DNA from: Paraspadella gotoi
Lineage: Eukaryota; Animalia; Chaetognatha
DNA: 64,000 nt
Direction: 5' to 3'
Assembly (NCBI GenBank): GCA_051294375.1
Contig: CM119263.1
Coordinates: 6,921,645 to 6,985,644 of the forward strand
A model generated the notes under the pieces. It had not been told where the DNA came from and searched no databases. It was given only the letters and a program-made list of their open reading frames with translations. Of the stretch, positions 12,296 through 28,614 are shown one piece after another (the stretch's first letter is position 1; each line of letters begins with the position of its first letter). Position numbers and translations under genes: made by a program.

Positions 12296-12770
12296 TGATA
12301 AAGATAGAAAAGATAGAAAAGATAGAAAGATAGAAAGATAGAAAAGATAGAAGAAGTAGAAAAGCTGATAAAGATAGAAAAGATAGAAAGATAGAAAAGA
12401 TAGAAAGATAGAAAAGATAGGAAAGATAGAAAAGCTGATAAAGATAGAAGATAGAAAAGATAGAAAAGATAGAAAAGTGATAAAGATAGAAAAGATAGAA
12501 AGATAAAAAAGATAGAAAGATAGAAAAGATAGAAAAGCTGATAAAGATAAAAAGAAGATAGAAAGATAGAAAAGATAGAAAGATAGAAAAGCAGATAAAG
12601 ATAGAAAAGATAGAAAAAGATAGAAAAGCTGATAAAGATAGAAAAGATAGAAAGATAGAAAAGATAGAAAAGATAGAAAAGATGATAAAAGTAGAAAAGA
12701 TAGAAAGATAGAAAAGATAGAAAAGATAGAAAAGATAGAAAAGATAGAAAAAGCTGATAAAGATAGAAAA
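12296..12770. repeat. (GATAGAAAA)n-type minisatellite
   Basis: About 50 copies of 8-9-mer gatagaaa(a) with periodic gctgataaa variants; explains the three spurious ORFs here. Confidence 0.95.
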
Positions 12771-13266
12771 GAGTTGTCCAAGGAGCTCGAGAAGTGAAAA
12801 AAAAAAACCGAAAGGAGAGGAGATGTGAAGGAACGTGAGAGAATGACGGGAGAGAAAGAAGCCAACTGTGAACAATGGGTCTCACATCGCTGGATCCAAA
12901 CGGTCAGGAGGAGGAGGAGGAGGGAGGAGGAGGAGGAGAAAATGAGAACCTGAATGATAAGAATGAATGAGATAAGAATGTGAAGATGAGAAAGCGACCA
13001 TCGGTGTCACTGGAAGACGTGAAAGGCTCGAGACCAAAGGAGGGATTCAGAATGAGGCGGTGAGACGTTGTGAAACAAAAGGGGGAAAAAAGAATTGAAA
13101 AGAAAAGAAAAGAGAAAAGAGAAAAAAACAGAAAGAAAAAGGAAAATGGCGGGAGAAGGAAAAGAATTGAGAGGTGCAACAAAGGAAAAGAGGAAGAAGA
13201 AAATAGGATGAAAAAACCGATAGAGCGTGGCAGACAATGGGGTTCAATCCAAAAACACAGAGAGAG

Positions 13267-13385
<119 letters not shown>

Positions 13386-13684
13386 AAGGCAGCCGTGGAA
13401 TTTCTTTTAGAGGAGAACCCAAAGGAAATAAATAAAGAAAAATGGTTAAGTGTAAAAACGTGGAAGATGAAAAGAAAATGGCCGACGTGAGTATGATGAT
13501 AAAAAAGAAATAACCAAGTAAAATAAAGAGAAAAATAATACAGTCAAGATGTTATTAACTCGCTGAAGAAAGAAAGTAGAAATTGAGAATCGTCTCGTCG
13601 GATCTGAAAGATCAAATATCCTGAGTGAAAAAAATAAGAAAACTTTCTGTATTTTTTTTTTTTATTCATTCCTGTGATGCGGTC

Positions 13685-17137
<3,453 letters not shown>

Positions 17138-18001
17138 AGCTGGCTTAAAATCAACAGCTCACATCAGTCATCGTAGTCAGGGGTTCTAGCCTGGTAATCG
17201 CCTCGCAGTTAACCGGAAGCGGTCGGTTAGCCTTCCGGTAGCGTGGTTCTTTAGCCAGGTTTTAAGTTCGGAACCCGATATTTAACAGAATAAAAAGAAA
17301 TCCAACGCGTCACTCCTCACGTCCACATGAAACTCTCTCCATCACTATCACTCTTTCACATCTTTCACAATCTTCACCGACTTTTCTCGCGCTTCTCTTC
17401 AGTTCGAGGTTAGAGATGACGTCGACGCCGACAGGATTGTCGCAAGATGTCATCTCTGGTTTCTTTTCGCTTCCCATCTTTGTCATCAACGCCATCTCGA
17501 CATTGTTGATGCCTTTTCTTGCTTACTTTGTCTGTCATGCTTGTAAAAAAAAACTGCAATCGATATTTCCATTGCATTTCTGTTCAATCATCGTCGTTAC
17601 TGTTTTTGCTGTTCCTTATGACAGTTGTTATTTTGTTGTAGTTGTTGAAAACGTCGACGATTTTAAGTCTATAAAACATGCTAGGTTTTCGGTGTCAATA
17701 AATCTCTGAATTATTTTCGCCTGTTAGAAAATCTCCAACGGGATCTCTGTCACTCGATCATAAAAAGAAAAAAAAATCCCATATCTGTTAGGAAATATTC
17801 TTCTTTACTAAGTTTGTAAAAAAAAATAAATATTTTAATCGCTCGGCTCTTTTCTCTTGTTTTAAGCCACAGAAAAGACTGAGACGTCTAAGCAGCATTC
17901 AGCTAAACCTATCACAATCGCTCACACCCACCTACCCGACTCCAGCACCATCACAACCTTCTCCATAACCGAAGCTCTCCTCCTCAGTCCTCAGTCCTTA
18001 C

Positions 18002-18148
18002 CTCCGCTTTGGCGATGGAGCTCCCGGCGACAGAGAGGGCGCTGCAGACGTAAATCCCTTCGTCTTCTTTTCTGACGTCGCGGATGCGAAGTTCCCCGTC
18101 GGCGGAGACGGAGAACCGACCGTGCGGTTGGCCGGGGAACATTAGCTC
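18002..18148 (-). CDS. robo: Robo exon, C-terminal part of Ig4
   Basis: cttcccctcag|GAG CTA ATG TTC ... GCG GAG|gtaagg; 147 nt, phase 0/0. Peptide ELMFPGQPHGRFSVSADGELRIRDVRKEDEGIYVCSALSVAGSSIAKAE resembles arthropod Robo Ig4 (LMFP...HGR..V..DG.L.I.DVR.EDEG.YVCSA.SV). Confidence 0.92.
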
Positions 18149-18321
18149 CTGAGGGGAAGGGGATAAGGAGAAGAGGGATCGATTTAGGTTCGACAAGGTA
18201 ACGTCGGCTCCTGAGGGGAAGGGATTAGGGAAAGGTTAAGTTCCTGAGGAGGGAAGGAATAAGGGGGAGGGGAGAGATTAAGAGTCGGTCGGGGAACATT
18301 GAATCCGGTGGAGAAGGGGAG

Positions 18322-18701
18322 GGCTGGGATGGATTTTGGACTGGCTGGGGAACATAATCTTCTTGGGGGAAGATAGGAAGGGGGTTTGAGGACTAAACTT
18401 ATCTATTAAGAAAAAGTTGATTCGATGGCCAGACTCCAGACTCTGCCCAAAATATGCCCAGACTATGCCTTCGACAATCTAATCACTATTTACATTTCAA
18501 ACTCTTTAGTATTTTCTCTCTCTTTCTTTTTTTGGCACGATCTTGACCGAGATTTTTATCGATGTGATTATTTGGATGGGTCTCAATTTCTTAGAAATCT
18601 CAAGCAAATTTAACGGCGAGACGAACTGCAATAAAAAGGAAAACAATCCAATTCTATTTAATGTCAGGTACTTTGCACTTTTCGCTTCTTTCTCTATCAG
18701 T

Positions 18702-18759
<58 letters not shown>

Positions 18760-19858
18760 AATCGAAAGGAATCGTTTGGGTAAAAAGCCAAATCAAATGG
18801 ACTCAGAAACGAAAAAAGAAAAAGGAAAAGAAACTCAACTAAAAGATTTGGACGCAGCAATGCATCTCTATAATATAGTTTTCGTATAGTTTTCGTTTTC
18901 GTTTTCAATCTTATTTTAAAATACCTGATTAATTTACTATTGCTTATTTTACGAAAACGTTTTTGCTTTAAACTGAATAAAAGTTAAGACTTTTTTAAAC
19001 TTTTTTTTCGGATTACGAAATATATTTTTTCTTCTCTGCCTCTGGACGCAAATTTCCATTTGTTTTCTTTCTCATCAGAATCGTTTTTCCTGTTTTTTTG
19101 GGTTTTTTTCTCCTCAGAGAAAAGAAACACTTTTCTCTTCGTTTCTCGTTTTACGAATCGATTTCCAAAGACTCCAGAAAGGGAACAAGGGTAAGTTAGA
19201 AAAAAAAGGGAAGTGGAAAGCAAAAGACGTCAAGTTTTCGAAATTATAAACGATTAAAACATATCTATGACTATTTACATATCGTATTGTAAAACGTTTA
19301 AAGAAGAATCTTGTTGATAAACTTGATAAAAACGTTGGCGACTAGAATCCAACATGGCGCCGTTGACAAACGAGGGACTTGAAAATCCAATATGGCGGCG
19401 GCGGGAAAGATCGCAAGAGAATCTCCGTCAGAAATGAAAAATCTGGAGAATTCCAGCGCCCGAGAGAGATAAGGAGACGCGGTAAACAAAAAGAGATAAA
19501 AATGCATAAATCTCTTGGAATAAAAAGAAAGAAAAAGAATAAAAAAAAAGGATAAAAACGTAAGAACGTAATGAATGGGAGATGAAGCGGAACACAATGA
19601 ATCAGTTCACAACAACCGGAACCACGATATAAACAAATATAAACAAAACGACCACAACGAGGAGAAAAAGGCGACGAAACTAGATTTTAAATTATGAAAG
19701 AAACAATAAAGAAAATTGCGACGAAAGATGGCAGACATAACTCGAATTTGTCCCCGGCGTCGTCGTCGTCGTCGTCGTAGACGTCGTCGAGTTGGAGTTG
19801 CCACCAGCAAACGTGACAATGAATAAACGGTTGACTTTCGCCATTTCCATATCGAGGA

Positions 19859-19905
<47 letters not shown>

Positions 19906-20324
19906 GAGAATAGTGAGGAAGGGGATTAAGTTCGACTTTAGTCTTTTGTCTTGACTGTGGCGAGTTCTCGGTGAAGTAACATGAAAAATTTAAGAGCGAT
20001 AAATAAATAGTTTCGGGTAAATTTATTATTTACATCGAATCAACCGGTAGTAATATGCGAATTTTTTCAAAGGAGGATCAGAACTCACCACCACTGCCAT
20101 CTCCACCACCACCACTGCCATCTCCACCGCCACCTTATTCCGGCTGATCGATCAACACAAAAAAGCGGCGCCAAAAATCCTGGACAAAACTTCGCATCGT
20201 AGCAAATGGACGACGACGACGACGACGACGCCAACTACGACCATGATGACGACGATGTCCACGACGATGCCGAGCGCCGTTTCGTTGTCTCATTGTTTCG
20301 GAAAAACAAACGAGGACGGCGACA

Positions 20325-20355
<31 letters not shown>

Positions 20356-22923
20356 CGGCGACATTGACCGCAATGAATAGAAATCATCGGCGATTGCCTT
20401 TTGTTTGAATCGTTGCCGGGCAACCGAGCCTCATCGCATAATTTACACCGCAGCCGCCGCCATCGTCGTCGCCATTGCGAGGGTCATCAATCTGCAATCA
20501 TCGCGACATCTCTCGTTGAAATTCTTTCGCCACTTAGTTCACCGAAGTCATCTTTTAGAATAAACCACCGTACTCGCCATTGACGCTTGACTAACAGCGC
20601 CACCGCTATTGTCTTTTATCGATCCATAACGATATAAATACTGAATTAAATATGTTAATTTGATTGAAATAGTAAACTTAAACGTACACTCTTTGCTGAA
20701 TCGTTGATATCGCACGACTGACAGAGCGCGACTGACATTTCCATTCGCTCATTCCGTAGTCAAAATTCTCCCGGACTTAACTCTTATCTAAATCGAACCT
20801 CGTCCGCGGCGAATTCATCTCCGCCGCCGCAGCCGCAGCCGCAGCCGCAACGGCAACAACGTCAGCAGCCCCAAAAAAAAAGAGAGAAAAACTCAACGGC
20901 CGCAGCGGAGTCGTGAGTCAGCAGCAGCAGCGTCAGGGAGCGGCGGGAAGCGGCAGCGGCCGGGATGCTCACTGGACCATAACTTGTTAGAATGGAATCA
21001 ACGGTTCCTCCCATCTCTCCATCTTTCCTCGGTTCCATCGTTCCACATTACGCGCGGAATTCAAAGGGCGTCTTTTGGAGGCCGAAACCGTGGAGAGGGT
21101 GAGGTAAGGGTCTATGGTGAAGATGCTATTGATCCATCCATTCCATGGTGGATGGGCGGGGCGGGGAGGATGATTTCTGACCTCATAAAACACAAATGGG
21201 GCCCAAAAACTGGCCAAAGTGTCTCGGGTCTGCGTTGTAAAATAGTTATTGCTTTTCCTCAGTTTAAACTGAATAATTACACAAACCGCTGTTTGCTTCT
21301 AGTTTTTTTTTTTGAAAGTCCCAACTTATCGTTTTTTGTTTTGATATATATGTTGGTATTCAAGCGTTGATTTCAAAATATTTTAGTTAGCTATACCATT
21401 GTTTTTTTTATTTTTCGAATCGTCGATAATCTGCGGAATATAAATATCAAATCCAAAGTTTGATACAGTAAAGGGCATCATAACACTAAAGATGATAAAA
21501 GTAAATAAAAGTAAAAATAAACACGAGGTACAAGTTTATTCTTTTATTTATTCTTTCGACAAAGCCTTGAAAAGGTCCTGCCTCGACCTCCACTCCTTCC
21601 TCACCCAATTCTCGAACTCACCTGTCTCCCTTCCCTCTGCCAGAAGACGGCGGGCGGCGGATTTCCGCTCACGTCGCATTGAAACGTCGCCGTCCGATGC
21701 AGACCGACGGTTTGGCCGCGGGGCGTCGTGAGGAACGTGGGACGCGCTGCCATCGAAAACAAAAGCACAGTTTAGCGATGATGGATGGAATTTATCGCGT
21801 CATCTTTTAATATCACAATTAGAATGACGGATGAATGAATGAAAGAAACTACGAACAAATTAAACATGAAAAATGAATAAAATATTTCGATTTTCCTAAA
21901 TTAAATTAAACTGTTTTTGAAAAATTCAACACGGCCGATCGTGAGTTAAGTCACGAGCAGAGGTCGAACCGAGACTAGGTCGTTCGCGTCAACAAAAATC
22001 CGTTGGCCGAAATTGTTTGCTCTCCTTTTTGTTTGTTTTTTCGTGGCTCCAATTTTCAAAATCTTTTTTTTTTTTATCCCATGATGGGTCAAATAAAGTC
22101 TTTTGTTGATCTCCTTTAGGATTGAGACTCGATTTTGGGGTCAAGAGGAAATGGATTCGCTTCCGAGTCTGAGAGAGTGATGAAGAAGTTAACAATTGGT
22201 GTCAGGGCGTTTAGACAATATATTACATTAAATCTGATAAAATATTTTTTATGAGTTTTAGTTTGTAATGCAAAACGCCATATATGGACAATAGGCCGTG
22301 CCCGGCACATGCTGGTAGAGGCGTGAAGCCACGTGGGCTTGGGTGGCGCCATGTTCGCTCAGGTGGCACGCTGGAGGCTTACGTGTTCCCCTATTGGACT
22401 TGGTACCATTTCGGTGGCTTGGGTGGTGCCAGGGTTTCAATTGGAGAGAAACGAGTTTGAAAGGAAATCCAATAATCGAGTCCGACTCTTCATCGTCGTC
22501 GTCGTCGTCGTCGTCATCAGTCGTCATCGTCGTCGTCATNNNNNNNNNNNNNNNNNNNNNNNNNNNNNNNNNNNNNNNNNNNNNNNNNNNNNNNNNNNNN
22601 NNNNNNNNNNNNNNNNNNNNNNNNNNNNNNNNNNNNNNNNNNNNNNNNNNNNNNNNNNNNNNNNNNNNNNNNNNNNNNNNNNNNNNNNNNNNNNNNNNNN
22701 NNNNNNNNNNNNNNNNNNNNNNNNNNNNNNNNNNNNNNNNNNNNNNNNNNNNNNNNNNNNNNNNNNNNNNNNNNNNNNNNNNNNNNNNNNNNNNNNTCGT
22801 CGTCGTTCGTCGTCGTCATCGTCGTCCCCGCGCACGTGCGCCGTTAAGCCATTTCCGGTCCGTCGAACGTCGAACGTGAAGCGAAATATCGATGAGGGGA
22901 ATTGGAGGGGACGCCGACGACGA

Positions 22924-22958
<35 letters not shown>

Positions 22959-24143
22959 CCGACGACGTCGCCAACTACGACGCCGACGACGACACCGACG
23001 ACGCCCGCGACGGTCGCGCGCGCATCCGGGGACGAATTACGAGCGCCGGGAGATTTCACGCCATTGTGCGCGTTGTACTCGTTGAGGGAAAGAATTGAAT
23101 ACTACAACATTGTAGAACTCATTAATGTATTGCTTTCAGGAAATTTGCATAATTGTTGTCCTAGGGTTTATCACGCCGGGGAGATTAATTTGAAATAGCC
23201 ACGTCCGATGGAACAAGCAGAGTAAGCACAAAGACAAGCACAACGAGGGAATCACCAGTATGAACGAGAATCACGGGAATCACTTGGCGTCTGACACACC
23301 ATGACTGCTTGGCGACTCTCACACACCATGACAAGGCGTCGCGCGGTCTCTCGGATTCCCGACGGTCAAATTTTACGCGCCATGACTTCGGGTCGAGGGA
23401 ACTGGATGTGGCCCTGGCATCGGCCCAGGCTTCAGGTCCGGGGGAAAGCGGATGAGCGGCATCGCCAAGTCGTTTCTTCAACTCGGGTGTTACATAATAA
23501 ACCTTTAACGGTTATTAATACATAAAGGAATTTTCCCATTAGTATTGGATTAGTAATTAATTGACGTTAAGGTTGTGAAAATCCGTCAAGGTTGCTGAGC
23601 CGTTTAACATGATTTGCAATGACGCAGAAACCGATCGTCATTTGTTTGAAAAAGAGACGCTGGAGATCTATCCTCTCTTCATTCATTGTTACTTTATTCG
23701 TGTGAGAGGTGATTGTGAATGGAAAGGATTCTGNNNNNNNNNNNNNNNNNNNNNNNNNNNNNNNNNNNNNNNNNNNNNNNNNNNNNNNNNNNNNNNNNNN
23801 NNNNNNNNNNNNNNNNNNNNNNNNNNNNNNNNNNNNNNNNNNNNNNNNNNNNNNNNNNNNNNNNNNNNNNNNNNNNNNNNNNNNNNNNNNNNNNNNNNNN
23901 NNNNNNNNNNNNNNNNNNNNNNNNNNAAAAAGCTCCTTTTGTGACCCTTTTCACTAACTCATTAACCCAGAATAACTTGACTTATGCAAAAAAAAACCCA
24001 GAAACTTAATTCTCTATTACTTATTACTTACCATCGCTATCCTTCGCGCTCAACAATATTCTTCGCTGCTTTAAAACCAAATACCTTTCTCTTTTTCTCT
24101 TATTTTAACTCACCCGTTTACACCCGTTTCTCTTCGTCTCTTC

Positions 24144-24186
<43 letters not shown>

Positions 24187-25540
24187 CTCTCTCACGTCTT
24201 ACTGTCAATCGGTTCCTGCCGTGGGGTCAATGAGATGAAGAATCTCGTCGGTGAAGGAATGGTCTCAGAGTCGGCGTCGTGATTCTGTCAAATGGGTGAG
24301 TCAAAGGAAAGTGATTCTCGGGTTAATGTCGGAGTCGACGCGGGTGAATGTCGAGGGCAAAACGGGTGTGGTAACGGAGGAGTTTAAAAAAGAGAAAAAG
24401 AGAAAGGTATTTTGTTTAAAAGCAGCGAAGAATATTGTTGAGGCGCGAAGTGATATACGAATGGTAAGAATAAGTAATGAGAATTAAGTTTTCTGGAGGT
24501 TTTTTTGGCATAAGTCAAGTTATTCTGGTTAATGAGTTAGTGAAAAGGGTCACAAAAGGAGCTTTTTGCTTGGCCAAATCCTATAAAATGGGAAAGGAAT
24601 GAAAGAAGAAAAGTAGATGAGAGAGAGAGAGAGAGATGAGAGAGAGAGAGGATGAGAGAGAAAGAGAGAGAGAGAGGGAGGAGAGAGGGAAGAGAGAGAG
24701 AGAGAGAGAGAGGAGGACCTTCAAAATGCCTTTCCATTCACCAATCACCTCTCACACGATAAAGTAACAATGAATGAAGAGAGGATAGATCTCCAGCGTC
24801 TCTTTTTCAAACAAATGACGAATCGTTTCTGCGTCATTGCAAAATCATGTTACGGCTCAAGCAACCTTGACGGATTTTTCACAACCTTAACGTCAATTAA
24901 TTACTAATCAATACTAATGGTGAAAATTCCTTATATGTATTGATAAACCGTTAAGGTTTATTATGTAAACCCGAAGCTGAAGAAACGACTTTCTGCGATG
25001 CCGCTCATCTGCTTTCCCCCGACCTGAAGCCTGGGCCGAATGCCAGGGCCAGATCCAGTTTCCTCGACGAAGTCATGGCGCGTAAAAATTTACCGTCGGG
25101 AATCGAGAGACGCGCGATCGCCTTGTCGACGTGGCTGTGTCGCCGCCAGCATCTGGTGAGACCGAAGCGTCATGGTGTGTCAGACGCCAAGTGATCCGTG
25201 ATTCCTCCGTTCATACTGGTCGATTTCCCTCGTTGGTGCTTGTCTTTGTGCTTACTTCATGCTTGTTTCCATCGACGTGGCTATTTCAAATTAATCTGCT
25301 CCCGGCGGTTAAACCCCAGGACAACAATTATGCAAATTTCCTGGAAAGCAATACATAATGAGGTTCTACAATGTTGTGTATTCCATTCTTTCCTTCAACG
25401 AGTACAACGCGCACAATGGCGTGAAACTCCCGGCGCTCGTAATTCGTCCGCGGATGCGCGCGACGACCGTCGCGGGCCGTCGTCGGTGTCGTCGTCGGCG
25501 TCGTACGTAGAGCGACGTCGTCGTCGTCGGCTCGTCGTCA

Positions 25541-25581
<41 letters not shown>

Positions 25582-28546
25582 GCGTCCCCTCCCAATTCCC
25601 CTCATCGATATTTCGCTTCACGTTCGACGTTCGACGGACCGGAAATGGCTTAAACGGCGCACGTGCGCGGGACGACGAGACGACGACTGACGACAACGAC
25701 GACGACTGACGAAGCGAGAAGGCCACCCCGTCGACCACACATGACGAGCGACGACGACCGAGGAACTGATGACGATGATATTGACGATGACTGACGACCG
25801 ATAGAGCGAGAAGACGAGAAGATGAAATGGACCACGACTGACGACGGCCAAATGACAGATGACGTGACACGACTGACGGACGACGAGCGACGATGATGAC
25901 GACGACGACGACGAGTGAAGAAGTCGACTCGATTATTGATTTCCTTTCAAACTCGTTTCTCTCCAATTGAAACCCCTGGCACCACCAAGCCACCAAGAAA
26001 TGGTACCAAGTCCAATAGGAAACACGTAAGCCCCCAGCGTGCGCACCTGAGCGAACATGGGCCACCGCAAGCCCACCGTGGCGTTCACGCCTCTACCGCA
26101 GCATGTGCCAGGCACTGCCTATTGTTCCATATATGGCGTTTGCATTACAAACTAAAAACTCTAAAAAATATTTTATCAGATTTTAATTTAATGTAATATA
26201 TTTTCAAAACGCCCTGACACCCAAATGTTAATCCATTTTTTTTAAAACTTTTTCCTCAACAATAACCTTTTGCTCCCGTTAACCTCTTCATCACTCTCTT
26301 CAGCACTCGGAAGGAATCCATTTCTCTCTTGACACCCAGAAATCAGTCTCATCCGAAAAGGAGATCAACAAAAGACTTTATTTAACCCATCATGGGATAA
26401 AAAAAAAAAAGATTTTGAAAATTGAGCCAAACGAAAAAAACAAACAAAAAGGAGAGCAAACAATTTCGGCCAACGGATTTTTGTTGACGCGAACGACCTG
26501 TCTCGGTTCGACCTCTGCTCGTGACTTAACTCACGATTCGGCGTGTTGAATTTTTCAAAACAGTTTAATTTAATTTAGAAAATCGAATATTTTATTCATT
26601 TTTCTATGTTTTTTAATTTTGTTCGTTAGTTTCTTTCATTCAATTATCCGTCATTCTAATTGTGATATTAAAAGATGACGCGATAAATTTCCATCCATCA
26701 TCGCTAAACTGTGCTTTTGTTTTTCGATGGCAGCGCGTCCCACGTTCCTCACGACCCCCGCGGCCAACCGTCGGTCTGCATCGGACGGCGACGTTTCAAT
26801 GCGACGTGAGCGTCCGAAATTCCGCCGCCCGCCGTCTTCTGGCAAGGGGAAGGGAGACAGGTGAGTTCGAGAATTGGGTGAGAAGGAGTGGAGTCGAGGC
26901 AGGACCTTTTCAAGTTTGTAAATGAAAAATAAAAGAATAACTTTGATAGGGATTTCTAGCAATTTAGTATATCTTTTGTAACACTATTTTCCCAATTCGT
27001 TCATAATAAAAAATGGTATAGCTAACTAAAATATTTGGAAATCAACCGCTTGAATACCAACATATATATCAAAACAACAAAAAACGATAAGTTTGGGACT
27101 TTCAAAAAAAAAAACTAGAAGCAAACCAGCGGTTTGTGTAATTATTTCCAGTTATAAACTGAGGGAAAAGCAATAAATATTTTACAACGCAGACCCGAAG
27201 ACACTTTGGCCAGTTTTTGGGCCCCATTTGGTGGTTTTTATGAGGTTCAGAAATCATCCTCCCCGCCCCGCCCACTCCCACCATGGAATGGATGGATCAA
27301 TAGCATCTTCACCATAGACACCCTTACCTCACCTCTCCACGGTTTCGGCCTCCAAAAGACGCCCTTTGAATTCCGCGCGCCAGTAATGTGGAACGATGGA
27401 ACCGAGGAAAGAATGGAGAGATGGGAGGAACCGTTGATTCCATTCTAACAAGTTATGGTCCAGTGAGCAATATCCCGCAGCTGCCTTCTTCCCAGCCGCT
27501 TCCTGACGGACTGCTGCTGCTGACTCACGACTCCGCTGCGGCCGTTGAGTTTTTCTCTCTTTTTTTTTTAGGCGCTACGCTTGTGCCGTTGCGGCTGAGG
27601 CTGTCGGCGCGGCGTCGGAGATGAATTCGCCGCTGGACGAGGTTCGATTTAGATAAGAGTTAAGACCGGAGAATTTTGACTACGGAATGAGCGAATGGAA
27701 ATGCAGTCGCGCTCTGTCAGTTCGTGCGATATCAACGATTCAGCAAAGAGTTATCGTTAAGTTTACGTATTTCAATCAAATTAACATATTTAATTCAGTA
27801 TTTATATCGTTATGGATCGATAAAAAATAGCTGTGGCGCCTGTTAGTCAGCGTCAATGGCGAGTACGGTGGTTTATTCTAAAAGATGACATCGGTGAACT
27901 AAGTGGCGAAGAATTCAACGAGAAGATGTCGCGATGATTGCAGATTGATGACCTCCGCAATGGCGACGACGATGGGCGGCGGCTGCGGTGTAAAATTAGG
28001 CGATGAGGCTCGGTTGTCCCGGCAACGATCAAAACAAAAGGCAATGCCGATGATTTCTATTCATTGCGGTCAATGTCGCCGTCGTTGTCGTTCGTTGTCG
28101 TCGTCGTCGTCGTTTGTCGCCGTCCTCGTTGTTTGTTTTCCGAAACAATGAGACAAGAACGGGCTCGGCATCTCGTGGAACATCGTCGTCATCATGGTCG
28201 TAGTTTGGCGTCGTCGTCGTCGTCGTCGCGTCCATTTGCTACGATGCGAAGTTTTGTCCAGGATTTTTGGCGCCAGCTTTTTTGTGTGATCGATCAGCCG
28301 GAATAAGGTGCGTGTGGTGGACGATGGCAGTGGTGGTGTGGAGATGGCAGTGGTGTGAGTTCTGATCCTCCTGTGAAAAAATTCGCATATTAACACGGTT
28401 TGATTCGAATGTAAATAATAAATTTTACCCGAAACTATTTATTTATCGCATCTTAAATTTTCAATGTTCATTTCACCGAGAAACTCGCCACAGTCAAGAC
28501 AAAAGACTAAGTCGAACTTAAATCCCTTCCCACTACTTCTCATCTC

Positions 28547-28614
<68 letters not shown>

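Noticed and set aside
12093-12885. Three overlapping hydrophobic ORFs of 200-260 aa
   Set aside because: Translations of the GATAGAAAA minisatellite.
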